Notes: generated from the sequence alone by a model not told the origin. DNA of 64,000 nt from Candidatus Saccharimonadales bacterium (GCA_049521895.1 JBEKOJ010000001.1:631114-695113), one strand, 5' to 3'; positions 42,763 through 52,642 are shown, numbered from the stretch's first letter. Program-made: numbers and translations.

Positions 42763-43463
42763 GTGCCGTACAATTCAACCTGCTGCCCGACGTCAAACTG
42801 GAATACATAAAGGCCCAGACCAGCCGTAGTTTGGCTACCAGCATTGCTGTTTTAGCCACTGCCGTGGCTATCGCCATCTTGATAATTATGCTTTTCACGG
42901 CTGAGGTGATACAGAAAAAACAGCTGAGTGACGCCGAAACCAGCGTGACCACAGCCAGCAAGCAACTGACCGGTATCACTGGTCTGGGCCAGGTACTAAC
43001 AGTACAGAACCAATTGGCTACATTATCTAAACTACACGCCAACAAGCATATAACTTCGCGCATCTTCACTTATCTGCCGGAAATAACTCCCAGTAATGTC
43101 CAAATCACCGAGGCTAATCTTGATCTTACTAGCAACAGCCTCACCGTTTCCGGTATGGCGGCTAGCCAACTGGCGGTCAACACTTTCATCGACACGCTGG
43201 AGTTTACAAACTACAAGGCTAATGCCCAGAACAGCGAACACCCGGCTTTCACTAGTGTGATAGAAAGTGCGTTTGCATTGACCGATAACGGTGCTACCTA
43301 TACCATAACCGCCCAGTTCGATCCGGCTCTGTTCGCCAACTCCAACCAGCAAACACCGCAAATAATTTTGCATAACCAGGTAACTACGCGCTCGGTTCTG
43401 AATGACCCTAGTAACGTATTGTTCAGTGGCCAGACTAATTCGACCAAGTCGGGGGGACAGTAA
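42759..43463 (+). CDS. pilN: PilN-like pilus assembly protein
   Basis: ATGA overlap with pilM. N-terminal FNLLPDVKLE motif followed by a single TM helix. Confidence 0.65.
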   Translation: MSAVQFNLLPDVKLEYIKAQTSRSLATSIAVLATAVAIAILIIMLFTAEVIQKKQLSDAETSVTTASKQLTGITGLGQVLTVQNQLATLSKLHANKHITSRIFTYLPEITPSNVQITEANLDLTSNSLTVSGMAASQLAVNTFIDTLEFTNYKANAQNSEHPAFTSVIESAFALTDNGATYTITAQFDPALFANSNQQTPQIILHNQVTTRSVLNDPSNVLFSGQTNSTKSGGQ

Positions 43464-44149
43464 TGCCCAAGCTGGAAATCTCGAGCAAATACAAGCAGAT
43501 TAATAAGGCGCAGTCGGCTATGCTGGCTACCGTAACTATTGCCAGCGTGGTGATCATTTTCTGTCTGATGAGTGCCAAAGCTTTGCTTTCGCAAGCCGCC
43601 TACCAGCGCAACGTCATCAATGCCAACCATGTTGCCGTCAAACAGTTGCAAACTAACGTATCAGCTGCCAAGCAGCTGGTTAACCAGTATAACTCGGTAT
43701 TTGAAGGCAGCAGTACTACCAATGTCATCGGCGGCAAGAACGATACCAGCGCCAACGCCGTGCCGCCCAATGGCGACAACGGCCGTATCGTGCTGGATGC
43801 GCTGCCCAGCAATTATGATTTTCCGGCCTTGCTTAGTAGCGTCAGTAAAATTTTAAGTAATGATGGTGTCGCTAACTCTTCGGTCGGCGGCACGGATCAA
43901 TCGGCTACTATTGACAATAACCCCACGGCTAATCCGCAACCGATACAGATACAGCTGACAGTCGCTGGCACCAGTAGCTATAGCGGCGTGCAGAGCTTTA
44001 TAAAGGATCTGGAGCGCTCTATCCGACCTTTTGACGTTACTGCTTTGCAGCTTTCTGGGCCGCAGGGTCAGTTAACTTTTACGCTTACTGTCAACAGCTA
44101 TTTCCAGCCGGCCAAATCACTATCTCTAACAACTAAGGTAATACACTGA
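43463..44149 (+). CDS. pilO: PilO-like pilus assembly protein
   Basis: Single N-terminal TM plus a coiled-coil segment. Position after pilN. Called from architecture only. Confidence 0.5.
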   Translation: MPKLEISSKYKQINKAQSAMLATVTIASVVIIFCLMSAKALLSQAAYQRNVINANHVAVKQLQTNVSAAKQLVNQYNSVFEGSSTTNVIGGKNDTSANAVPPNGDNGRIVLDALPSNYDFPALLSSVSKILSNDGVANSSVGGTDQSATIDNNPTANPQPIQIQLTVAGTSSYSGVQSFIKDLERSIRPFDVTALQLSGPQGQLTFTLTVNSYFQPAKSLSLTTKVIH

Positions 44150-44150
44150 T

Positions 44151-44414
44151 ATGAAACGCGATGACATCATCAAAATAGCGCTAGTCGCCGGCTTTTCGGC
44201 GATCATTTCGTTTGTCATAGCCGGGGCGATCTTTAACTCGCCGGCTAAGCACGACCAGAAAGTACCGGTAGTACAGTCCATTAATTCCAGCTTTCCCGAT
44301 GTCGCTAATGACCCATCGTATAATGTTATCTTTAATAGCAATGCTCTGGATCCGACGCAGACTGTACAAATAGGTAATTCACAAAACACGGCACCTTTTA
44401 CCGGATCACGGTAG
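44151..44414 (+). CDS. small membrane protein of the pilMNO operon
   Basis: 87 aa with one TM helix (IALVAGFSAIISFVIAGAIF). Confidence 0.5.
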   Translation: MKRDDIIKIALVAGFSAIISFVIAGAIFNSPAKHDQKVPVVQSINSSFPDVANDPSYNVIFNSNALDPTQTVQIGNSQNTAPFTGSR

Positions 44415-44461
44415 GGGGAGGGGACAGATACGTATCCATGAATCCCATCAGACCCCAAAAA

Positions 44462-44580
44462 ACAATGGATTTCATGTTTAACAGTTTGTATTTAACATTT
44501 ATTGATCATTCTTTACTTAGTCATTGGAAATTAGCAATTGCTAAATTAATGGCAAATAGTAAACGGCAAATAGTAAACGC
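44462..44580. repeat. heptad-periodic AT-rich intergenic hairpin
   Basis: Centre palindrome TTAGCAATTGCTAA. 14-mer GGCAAATAGTAAAC x2 (44551-44578). TTTAACA heptads on the left arm. Confidence 0.75.
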
Positions 44581-44603
44581 CGCCGGAGGTGGCCGGCTGT
44601 GAA

Positions 44604-44710
44604 TCCCGTTAGAATCTCACTTAACTTCCAGCCCATAGATAGCGTCTTAAATCGCTTGCATACTTCGTCGCATCAACTAACCTTGATAGTCTTTGAGGTC
44701 TAACGGGATG
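44604..44710 (+). promoter_or_regulatory. conserved structured 5' leader of pilB
   Basis: TCCCGTTAGA (44604-44613) is complementary to TCTAACGGGA (44699-44708), which overlaps the ATG. It is homologous to the pilM leader. Confidence 0.5.
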
Positions 44711-46513
44711 AATATCTTATTGCCCACAGTTCAACAACAAGTCGAAGAAGTACTGGTATCTGATGGCTTACTCACTGATACCCAACTGGAGAAACTTAAG
44801 GATAAGGCCGCGCGCAGCCACCAACCATTGTTCGGCTTGTTGCTCAAAGAGGGTCATATTAATGACGAACAATTGACCAAAACTTTGGCCGTGGTTAGCA
44901 AGGTGCCTTATGTCAACCTATCACAGACGCGCATTGATTCTAAGATGCTAGCGCTGCTGCCGCGTGACGTGGCTGAACAGTATATGGCCGTGCCTATAGG
45001 TGAAATGCAGCACCGCCTGGTGGTTGCTATGCTGGACGCCGACAATGTGCAAGCCGTAGACTTTCTGAGCAATAAGATCAACCGCCCCTTGAAAGTTTAT
45101 GCCGCCAGCGAATCGGGTATCAAGCACATTCTTAAGCAGTACGATCAGAGTATTAATGCCGGTGATTCGAACATTGATTTCAGCACGCTGGGCGGCGAGG
45201 TAGAGGGCGAGAGCCCCTCGTCAGCTTTCGCTCCAGTAGGTACAGCCGAGCGTAAAGTGCAGACCATCGTACAAGATTCCCCGGTCAGCAGGGCTCTAAG
45301 CGCCATCATGGATTACGCCGCCAAAAACCGTGCCTCTGACGTGCATATCGAGTCACTGGAAAAAGGGCTTAAGATACGCTGCCGTATCGACGGCGTGCTG
45401 CGCGAAGTCATGAGGCTGCCCAAAAACGCCGAAGCGCCGCTGGTCAGCCGCATCAAGATCCTGTCCAATCTGAAAATCGACGAACACCGTATACCGCAGG
45501 ACGGCCAATTTACCATCATTGCCGACGGTCGCCCTGTAGATATCCGTGTGGCCATCAGCCCGGTGATCTGGGGCGAGCAAGTAATTCTGCGCTTGCTGGA
45601 CAAAACTGGCACTAGCCTGAAATTGGAAGACTTGGGCTACATAGGCCGGGCGCTGCGTGAAATCAGAAAAGGTCTGACCCGCCCACATGGCATGGTACTA
45701 ACCTCCGGCCCCACGGGTTCCGGAAAAAGCACCAGCATGTACGCCATGATCCAGGAAATCAAGACCGACTCCATTAATATCGTCACCTTGGAAGACCCGG
45801 TAGAATACAAAATCGAGAGCGTTAACCAAATTCAGGTCAACCCCGATGTTGGACTGACTTTCGCTACCGGGCTGCGTTCTATACTGCGCCAGGATCCGGA
45901 CGTAGTGATGGTAGGCGAGATCCGTGACAGAGAAACCGCCAACCTGGCAGTCCAGGCGGCGCTGACTGGTCACTTGGTTTTTAGTACGCTGCATACTAAT
46001 TCTGCGGCCGGTATTCTGCCGCGTCTGCTGGACATGGGCATTGAACCTTTTCTAATCGCCAGTACCGTGCACACTGTTATTGGCCAACGGTTGGTACGCC
46101 GGGTAGTGCCAGGCGGTGAAAGCTATCAATCTACCAAAGCCGAAACCGAGGCTATCCATCAGACGATCGGTATGTTGCTGCCCAAAACTGGGACCGATGA
46201 GCCTAAGGTGGCGCAGGATCTGGGCTATTCCAACTTGCCTCTGTCTGCCCAAAACGCTTATACTTTGGTTAAGGGGAAAGAATCACCCGAAAATCCAACC
46301 GGTTATGTCGGTCGCATGGGGCTTTATGAGGTGTTTGAAGTTACCGAGGCCATCCAGGATTTAATCATCAAACATGCGCCGAGCTCCACAATTCAGAGGG
46401 CAGCTCAGGCCCAAGGCATGATTAGCATGCGCCAGGACGGCTATCTAAAAGCTCTGGCTGGTCTGACCACATTGGCCGAAGTCAATCGGGTAGCGGCCAT
46501 GGACGATAGTTAA
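44708..46513 (+). CDS. pilB: type IV pilus assembly ATPase PilB (GspE family)
   Basis: N-terminal GspII_E domain, Walker A SGPTGSGKSTS, Asp box, Walker B VVMVGEIRD, His box. Confidence 0.93.
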   Translation: MNILLPTVQQQVEEVLVSDGLLTDTQLEKLKDKAARSHQPLFGLLLKEGHINDEQLTKTLAVVSKVPYVNLSQTRIDSKMLALLPRDVAEQYMAVPIGEMQHRLVVAMLDADNVQAVDFLSNKINRPLKVYAASESGIKHILKQYDQSINAGDSNIDFSTLGGEVEGESPSSAFAPVGTAERKVQTIVQDSPVSRALSAIMDYAAKNRASDVHIESLEKGLKIRCRIDGVLREVMRLPKNAEAPLVSRIKILSNLKIDEHRIPQDGQFTIIADGRPVDIRVAISPVIWGEQVILRLLDKTGTSLKLEDLGYIGRALREIRKGLTRPHGMVLTSGPTGSGKSTSMYAMIQEIKTDSINIVTLEDPVEYKIESVNQIQVNPDVGLTFATGLRSILRQDPDVVMVGEIRDRETANLAVQAALTGHLVFSTLHTNSAAGILPRLLDMGIEPFLIASTVHTVIGQRLVRRVVPGGESYQSTKAETEAIHQTIGMLLPKTGTDEPKVAQDLGYSNLPLSAQNAYTLVKGKESPENPTGYVGRMGLYEVFEVTEAIQDLIIKHAPSSTIQRAAQAQGMISMRQDGYLKALAGLTTLAEVNRVAAMDDS

Positions 46514-46530
46514 AGAATAAGGGTAGGGAA

Positions 46531-47598
46531 ATGCAACAAACCTCAAAGATAGAAATACTCCTCGAAACAGTCGTGAAGCGCAAAGCCTCCGACCTGCATC
46601 TGCAAGTTGGCTTACCACCGATACTCAGAATTGATGGTTCTCTGACACCAACCCAGGGCGAGCCTAAACTTAGTGAGGAAACTGTCGAGAATTTGGTATT
46701 CAGTTTGTTGGACGAAGACCAGAAACAGATTTTGCTGCGTGACAAGGAGTTTGATTTTTCTTTCGCTTTTGGTGATTTGGGACGCTTCAGAGTTAACGCC
46801 TTTCACGAACGCGGCAACCTGGCCGCGGCCATGCGCCTGATTCCTAACCAAATCAGGACAATTGAACAACTGGGCTTACCATTGGTACTTAATAAATTTA
46901 CCGACTACCCGCGCGGTCTGGTGCTAATTACTGGGCCGACCGGTTCCGGCAAATCCACCACACTGGCAGCCTTGGTCAACAAGATTAATGAAGAACGCGC
47001 AGCGCATATAATTACCGTAGAAGACCCTATAGAATACACCCACCAATCCAAAAAATCTGTGGTAGTTCAGCGCGAAGTGCACTACGACACTTATAGTTTC
47101 TCTACGGCCTTGCGTTCGGTGTTACGCGAAGATCCGGACGTAGTACTGATCGGCGAGATGCGCGATCTGGAAACCATCGCTGCGGCCGTAACAATCGCCG
47201 AAACCGGGCACTTAGTATTCGCCACTTTGCACACCAACAACGCCAGCCAATCCATTGACCGCATGGTAGATGTTTTTCCGCCGCACCAACAGCCGCAGGT
47301 CAGAGCACAGTTGGGAAATATATTGACCGCCATCTGCTCCCAGCGGCTTATTCCGGCATTAGGCGGTGGCCGAGTGGCTGCGGCCGAAATCCTGGTAGCT
47401 ACTTCGGCTGTGCGCAATATTGTCCGCGAAGGCAAGAACTATCAACTGGAAGCCGTCATCCAGACCGGCGCGCAATATGGTATGCAGAGTATGGACCGCA
47501 CGCTGGTCAATCTTATCCACAACGGCATTATTAGCTACGATGAGGCCCGCAATTACGCCGTCGATGTTGAAGAACTTGACCGCTTAATGAGAGGCTAA
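46531..47598 (+). CDS. pilT: twitching motility (retraction) ATPase PilT
   Basis: ASDLHL.., Walker A TGPTGSGKSTT, DVVLIGEMRD, GHLVFATLHT. Confidence 0.93.
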   Translation: MQQTSKIEILLETVVKRKASDLHLQVGLPPILRIDGSLTPTQGEPKLSEETVENLVFSLLDEDQKQILLRDKEFDFSFAFGDLGRFRVNAFHERGNLAAAMRLIPNQIRTIEQLGLPLVLNKFTDYPRGLVLITGPTGSGKSTTLAALVNKINEERAAHIITVEDPIEYTHQSKKSVVVQREVHYDTYSFSTALRSVLREDPDVVLIGEMRDLETIAAAVTIAETGHLVFATLHTNNASQSIDRMVDVFPPHQQPQVRAQLGNILTAICSQRLIPALGGGRVAAAEILVATSAVRNIVREGKNYQLEAVIQTGAQYGMQSMDRTLVNLIHNGIISYDEARNYAVDVEELDRLMRG

Positions 47599-47617
47599 GT
47601 CGTGATTGCATCACTCC

Positions 47618-47727
47618 AATTCACATTTAACAATTCACATTTAACAATTATTGATTATTTTTCATTTCATCAATGCCAAATGCCAAATGCCAAATTAATG
47701 GTAAATGGTAAATGGCTAATGGTAAAT
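47618..47727. repeat. heptad-periodic AT-rich intergenic repeat block upstream of pilC
   Basis: AATTCACATTTAAC x2 (47618-47645), (AATGCCA)x3 (47672-47692), and GGTAAAT GGTAAAT GGCTAAT GGTAAAT (47700-47727). Confidence 0.85.
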
Positions 47728-47747
47728 GCATCGGGAGGAGTGTCCTG

Positions 47748-48971
47748 ATGCTGACATACACTTATACGGCTCGTAATACCAGCACCGGCGAAACCGTTAA
47801 GGCTGAAATCGAGGCCGCTGACGAGCAATCAGCCGCCAAGACCCTGATTGACCGTGGCCTGGCACCCGTAGATATCAAGCTCAAGAAAGAACAGACCGGT
47901 TTCTTGAGTGATTTGCGCAACCGTATTAAAACTAAGCAAAAGGTAATCTTTTCGCGCCAGCTGGCGACTATGGTTAATGCCGGCTTGCCACTAGCACAAA
48001 GCCTCAACACTGTACGGGGCCAGACTAACAGCAAGCCACTAAAAGACGTGATTAGCTCAGTGATCGTTGATGTGGAGTCCGGTTCCAGTTTTGCCGATGC
48101 GCTCTCCCGTCATCCCAAAGTATTCAACAGTGTTTATATCAGCCTGGTAGCTGCCGGTGAAGCCTCTGGCACGCTAGATACCTCCTTGGGGCGTCTGGCT
48201 AACCAACAGGAAAAAGACGCCGAAATTGTTTCTAAAGTGCGCGGCGCCATGATTTACCCGATTATAGTAATATTGGTGCTTATCGCCGTAGTGGTCTTTA
48301 TGATGACTACGGTTCTGCCGGAGGTACAAAGCCTCTACAAAGGTATTCCTGGCGCTAAACTGCCGTTTGTAACGGTGATACTGCTTGGTGTGGCGCACTT
48401 TATCATCAATTTTTGGTGGCTAGTGATACTAATTCTGGCATTAGGCGGCTTTTTGCTGACACGCTGGGCGCATACCGGTAGGGGAATAGAGGTAATAGAT
48501 GGTCTTAAGCTCAGAGTCTGGCCAGTAGGCCCGCTGTTTAGCAAGCTGTACATGGCGCGTTTTGCCCGCACCGGTGCTATTTTGGCGGCCAGCGGCGTGC
48601 CGATGATTAAAATGCTCAATACTACTGCCGATGCCGTAGACAACACTCACGTGGCTGAATCTATCCACAAGGCCACGGAACAGGTCAAGGGCGGTAAAGC
48701 CTTATCCGATAGCCTAAAAGGCGATCCCAACTTTTTGGAGCTGGTACCGGACATGATCCATATCGGCGAGCAATCGGGCGCCTTGCAGGACATGCTTAGT
48801 AAAGTGGCCGACTACTACGAGAAAGAGGTTGATGAACAAATTCAAGCTGTCTCTACCATTATTGAGCCGGCGCTAATGATCATTGTGGGCATCATCGCGC
48901 TGACCATCGTGGCGGCGGTATTGCTGCCAATCTATAGTTTGGCGGGCAAGAACTTAACCTCTGGCCTGTAA
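47748..48971 (+). CDS. pilC: type IV pilus platform protein PilC (GspF family)
   Basis: Start at ATG 47748 after GGGAGGAG. Duplicated GspF domain with three TM segments. Confidence 0.9.
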   Translation: MLTYTYTARNTSTGETVKAEIEAADEQSAAKTLIDRGLAPVDIKLKKEQTGFLSDLRNRIKTKQKVIFSRQLATMVNAGLPLAQSLNTVRGQTNSKPLKDVISSVIVDVESGSSFADALSRHPKVFNSVYISLVAAGEASGTLDTSLGRLANQQEKDAEIVSKVRGAMIYPIIVILVLIAVVVFMMTTVLPEVQSLYKGIPGAKLPFVTVILLGVAHFIINFWWLVILILALGGFLLTRWAHTGRGIEVIDGLKLRVWPVGPLFSKLYMARFARTGAILAASGVPMIKMLNTTADAVDNTHVAESIHKATEQVKGGKALSDSLKGDPNFLELVPDMIHIGEQSGALQDMLSKVADYYEKEVDEQIQAVSTIIEPALMIIVGIIALTIVAAVLLPIYSLAGKNLTSGL

Positions 48972-49065
48972 TTCTGCCTAAAAGGCATTGCTTTTTTGAC
49001 CGCCTATGCCTAGTATGTAAGCATAACTGCTTCAACATAATTCCTAAAAGGGTGGGAATAGCAAC

Positions 49066-49566
49066 ATGAAACTAAAACCGACTAAGCAAAATCATGGTTT
49101 TACCATAATTGAGATTATGATCGTGCTGGCCATTGCTGGGCTTATCATGGCAATCGTCTTCTTGGCCGTACCAGCCTTGCGACGCAGCGCTAATAATACT
49201 CAGCGTAAAAATGATGCCGCCAACATACTTGCTCTAGTCAATGAATATGCCAGCAATCAGGGTGGCGCCATACCAACCGAAATATGCTATACCGCTGGCC
49301 CCCCTAGTACTGTGAGTGTTGGAGGAGGAGCTAGCTGTCCCGCTTCAAATGCTGTAAGCACCAATGTCAGCGGACAAATTACCACTGTCAATATTGCCGC
49401 AACAGTACCCGCAACTTTGCCCACGTTGAATACTTCAACTCTATGGATTTTCGGAACAGCTACGTGCAGCAATGCTAACACTGTTGCCGCTGGCTCGTCG
49501 AGTCGCTCGGTGGCGGCTTATTATGGGATAGAACCGGCCACAGTTAACCTATGTCAGGGGTCTTAG
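49066..49566 (+). CDS. pilA: type IV major pilin candidate
   Basis: The leader MKLKPTKQNHG is followed by FTIIEIMIVLAIAGLIMAIVF (Glu+5). A strong intrinsic terminator follows. Confidence 0.88.
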   Translation: MKLKPTKQNHGFTIIEIMIVLAIAGLIMAIVFLAVPALRRSANNTQRKNDAANILALVNEYASNQGGAIPTEICYTAGPPSTVSVGGGASCPASNAVSTNVSGQITTVNIAATVPATLPTLNTSTLWIFGTATCSNANTVAAGSSSRSVAAYYGIEPATVNLCQGS

Positions 49567-49595
49567 GACCAAACAGAATATTACAGAACTATGCG

Positions 49596-49625
49596 GACGA
49601 GCCCTAAACAGGGCTCGTTTTTTAT
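49596..49625 (+). terminator. strong intrinsic terminator after the major pilin gene
   Basis: ACGAGCCC-TAAACA-GGGCTCGT followed by TTTTTAT. Confidence 0.8.
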
Positions 49626-49640
49626 GTTAGGATACCGCTA

Positions 49641-50501
49641 ATGATCGCCATCATTTTGATTGTTCTCGGCCTATGCCTGGGCAGCTTTGTTAATGCCCTG
49701 GTCTGGCGCCTCCATAAGCAGTTGATAGTTGATAGTGAGAAGTTTATAGATAAGAAAACTACAAACTACAAACTACAAACTACTAACTACTCTGTTTTGC
49801 ACGGGCACTCTATGTGTCCCAACTGCGGCCATGAACTGGCGCCGCGCGACCTGGTGCCGGTTTTTAGCTGGTTATTCTTGCGTCGTCGCTGCCGTTACTG
49901 CGGCCTACCAATTTCCTGGCAATATCCACTGGTTGAGGCGGCCACGGCGGGTGTGTTTGTAGTTTCTTACTACTATTGGCCAGGCGGTCTAGTAGGAGCA
50001 GGGCAGTGGCTGCTATTCATAACTTGGCTAGCAACGTCCGTAGGCTTGATGGCGTTGTTGATATCTGATTTACGCTATATGCTGTTGCCCAGTAAAATTC
50101 TTTATCCAGCGTTCATTATTGCCGCCGCTGGCCGCTTGGGCTATATCTTGTTCTTCTCCAACAACATAGCTCACAGCTCTGAGCTCTTAGCTCTCAGCTT
50201 GTTGGTCGCCAGCGGGGTGTTTCTACTGCTGTTCTATGTCTCTTCCGGCCGCTGGATCGGCTTTGGCGATGTGCGCCTGGGGCTAATTACCGGTATATTA
50301 CTGGCCACCCCGGCCAAGAGTTTTTTGATGGTTTTTTTGGCCTCAGTACTAGGTACTCTATTCGTGCTGCCGGCTGTTGCCAGTGGCCGTACTAAGATGA
50401 CTAGCCGCATAGCGTACGGCCCGTTTTTAGTTGTTGCTACCGGTATCGTGCTGCTGTTTGGCCAATCATTTATTACTTGGTACCAAAACCACCTCTTCTA
50501 G
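49641..50501 (+). CDS. pilD: prepilin peptidase (A24 family)
   Basis: Cys motifs CPNCGH..CRYCG. Polytopic, with the GFGDVRLG catalytic Asp motif. Confidence 0.9.
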   Translation: MIAIILIVLGLCLGSFVNALVWRLHKQLIVDSEKFIDKKTTNYKLQTTNYSVLHGHSMCPNCGHELAPRDLVPVFSWLFLRRRCRYCGLPISWQYPLVEAATAGVFVVSYYYWPGGLVGAGQWLLFITWLATSVGLMALLISDLRYMLLPSKILYPAFIIAAAGRLGYILFFSNNIAHSSELLALSLLVASGVFLLLFYVSSGRWIGFGDVRLGLITGILLATPAKSFLMVFLASVLGTLFVLPAVASGRTKMTSRIAYGPFLVVATGIVLLFGQSFITWYQNHLF

Positions 50502-50571
50502 CTCTGCCAAACCCTACAGGTTGTCCCCGTAAAAGAGCCTAGGTTACTTTTACCAGTCGTCAAACCCCTTA

Positions 50572-50580
50572 TGCTATACT
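50572..50580 (+). promoter_or_regulatory. extended -10 promoter of the minor pilin operon (leaderless-type)
   Basis: TGCTATACT ends 7 nt before ATG 50588. The upstream context CCCTTATGCTATA is shared with the pilM promoter at 41548-41565. Confidence 0.55.
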
Positions 50581-50587
50581 TTTAGCT

Positions 50588-51445
50588 ATGGAACGTGTCG
50601 CCTGGGGCTACACCATCATTGAGGTGATGATCGTGCTGTCTATTACGGCGGTACTTTTTGCTAGCGCTATGTTGGTTTTTAGCGGCCAGCGCAGCTCAAC
50701 GGGTTTTTCGCAGGCCATGCAAAGCGTCAATTCTAAAATCCAGGAATATGCCAATCGGGTAGTAACTGGCTCTTATCCCGGCAGCAGCAACTATAGTTGT
50801 AGTGTAAGTAGTACAACTGGCCGGGCAATGCTTAGCAGTCCGCCGACTGGTAGTGGCTTGACGTGCCTGTTTTTGGGTCTGGCCATCCAAGCCCTGCCGG
50901 CGCAATCGTCGCTCCAAGCTTACACTGTCCTGGGCGACAAAGATATTTACAGTGGCCCCCAAGACACTCTTAGCCCGGTTCTAACTATTGATAGCGCCCA
51001 GCCTGAACCGGCGATTACTACTATTTCCGGCAACCAGACTTATGTGCTAACAGATAACTTTACTCTTGATGCCGGTACTACTGTGCTATCCTCCAACGCC
51101 ATAACAACCCTTGGCGCTACGTTGCCCAATAATAGTTACGATTTAGTCGGCTTTTATAACGGCTTGCCAGGTGATAGTGCCGCATCTTCCAGTGGAACTG
51201 GTGCGCTGGTGCTCAAGGCCTACGCCTGCAATTCAGGTAATGGCTGCAGCTCCCAGCCGCCGCAACAATCCCCTCAACTTAAAACTTGCATTGAAGAGTC
51301 AAACTCAACCGTCTGCGCCAATAGCAATATCAAACAATGGAACGTCTGTTTTAAGGATGGCGGCAGTAGCAATACCGCGCTCTTGAAGGTCAAAAGTGCC
51401 CCCGGCGGTATTACCACCCAACTAAATTTCGTGGGATGTAGCTAA
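50588..51445 (+). CDS. minor pilin / pseudopilin
   Basis: MERVAWG then YTIIEVMIVLSITAVLF (Glu+5). The extended -10 TGCTATACT ends 7 nt before the ATG. Confidence 0.75.
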   Translation: MERVAWGYTIIEVMIVLSITAVLFASAMLVFSGQRSSTGFSQAMQSVNSKIQEYANRVVTGSYPGSSNYSCSVSSTTGRAMLSSPPTGSGLTCLFLGLAIQALPAQSSLQAYTVLGDKDIYSGPQDTLSPVLTIDSAQPEPAITTISGNQTYVLTDNFTLDAGTTVLSSNAITTLGATLPNNSYDLVGFYNGLPGDSAASSSGTGALVLKAYACNSGNGCSSQPPQQSPQLKTCIEESNSTVCANSNIKQWNVCFKDGGSSNTALLKVKSAPGGITTQLNFVGCS

Positions 51446-51446
51446 T

Positions 51447-51863
51447 ATGAAAATATTTGCCAAAACCGGCGTAGGTCAGCGTGGCGACACCATTATAGAG
51501 GTGTTAATAAGTATGAGTATCCTGGCGCTAGTGTTGACCGGTGCTTATGTATCCACCAGCCGCAGCTTACAAGACGGCACGGATTCGTCTGACCGCCAGC
51601 AAGCCTTGGCGCTGGCCGAGCAACAAATAGAATTTATTAAAAGCAACCCATCCGCTTACCAACCGCCAACCAATTCGAAAACTAATAGTTTCTGTATTGG
51701 TAACGATAGTAGCATACAAACCGGCGCGAGTTGTACGTTCAACAGCCAGTACACCATGACAGATACTTACAGCGGCGGCCTATTTACTATTGTGGCTACT
51801 TGGCCCAGCGCTGTAGGGTCCGGCGGCCAAAGCCAACTAACACTTTATTACCGCGCCCTATGA
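51447..51863 (+). CDS. minor pilin / pseudopilin
   Basis: ..GQRG then DTIIEVLISMSILALVL (Glu+5). Confidence 0.7.
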   Translation: MKIFAKTGVGQRGDTIIEVLISMSILALVLTGAYVSTSRSLQDGTDSSDRQQALALAEQQIEFIKSNPSAYQPPTNSKTNSFCIGNDSSIQTGASCTFNSQYTMTDTYSGGLFTIVATWPSAVGSGGQSQLTLYYRAL

Positions 51864-52642
51864 AAAACACCCACTCTCCACTCTCCACTCTTCACCTAAG
51901 AGGCTTCCCCGGCAGTGAGCCTTCGCGACCATCCACCTTAGTGGATGCTGGCAAAGCCACGCGAAGATCTACTGCCGGGTTCACCATAGTTGAGCTGCTG
52001 CTGGCTACCTCTGTTTTCTCGATAATTTTGCTGGCAGCTTTAGCCAGCTTTTTGCAGGTGGGCCGGCTATTTTATAAAGGCGTATCATTGACCAACACTC
52101 AGAATACCGCTACCCAAGTACTTAATGATGTCGCTCACAGTCTACAGACTTCCAGCACACTTTCTCTGCCAACCACTGCCAATGGCTACACCTATACATG
52201 CATTGGAAACGCCCGTTATACCTACACTACCACTAATATCAGTGGCCAGCAGGTAGCGGTGGCGGCTAACCTGTCGGATTCACCCAACTATGGTAGTGGA
52301 GCCAACGGCGGCAACTTTGGCCTGCTTAAAGATACCTTACCAGGCAGCTCCGGCTGCGCGGTCCCATGCTGGCCCGCCAGCAGCTGTAGCAACGGCCAAG
52401 TAGTGTTTAGTAATCCGGTAGAGATGCTGGGCGACCAAATGCGCGTGGCGACTTTTAGCATAAGTAGTGTATCTGGCGTCCAAAACCTCTATAATATCAA
52501 AATGGTAGTGGCTTATGGGGATAGTTCGGTTATGAGCTTTAGTAATCCCGGGCAACCTGTGTGCATAGGCAATTCGCAAAACCAGGCATTTTGCTCGGTT
52601 GTCAACCTCTCTACTACTGTTTTTCAGGGGGTGCGTTCATGA
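51860..52642 (+). CDS. minor pilin / pseudopilin with repeat-expanded leader peptide
   Basis: The ATG at 51860 forms an ATGA overlap. Leader MKNTHSPLSTLHLRGF-[PGSEPSRPSTLVDAGKATRRSTAG]-FTIVELLLATSVF. The bracketed residues are encoded by the 72-bp element. Confidence 0.8.
   Translation: MKNTHSPLSTLHLRGFPGSEPSRPSTLVDAGKATRRSTAGFTIVELLLATSVFSIILLAALASFLQVGRLFYKGVSLTNTQNTATQVLNDVAHSLQTSSTLSLPTTANGYTYTCIGNARYTYTTTNISGQQVAVAANLSDSPNYGSGANGGNFGLLKDTLPGSSGCAVPCWPASSCSNGQVVFSNPVEMLGDQMRVATFSISSVSGVQNLYNIKMVVAYGDSSVMSFSNPGQPVCIGNSQNQAFCSVVNLSTTVFQGVRS
51908..51979. mobile_element. 72-bp palindromic MITE-like element (family 1, short form) in frame in a pseudopilin leader
   Basis: CCCGGCAGTGAGCCTTCGCGACCATCCACCTTAGTGGATGCTGGCAAAGCCACGCGAAGATCTACTGCCGGG. 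Flanked by TTC/TTC. Confidence 0.85.

Noticed and set aside
47618-47727. Considered whether the tandem and heptad arrays could be a degenerate CRISPR array
   Set aside because: The units are 7-14 nt with no unique spacers of 25-40 nt. There are no cas genes and the arrays are too short.
51731-52642. Long N-terminal extensions given in the ORF track for several genes (starts at 51731, 52561, 55527, 40374, 42660, 44693, 47712, 18914, 12767, 4484, 58480, 21084)
   Set aside because: In each case an internal ATG gives an ATGA overlap with the upstream gene, or follows an RBS or -10 box, and yields the canonical family N-terminus. The upstream parts overlap the preceding gene or repeats.
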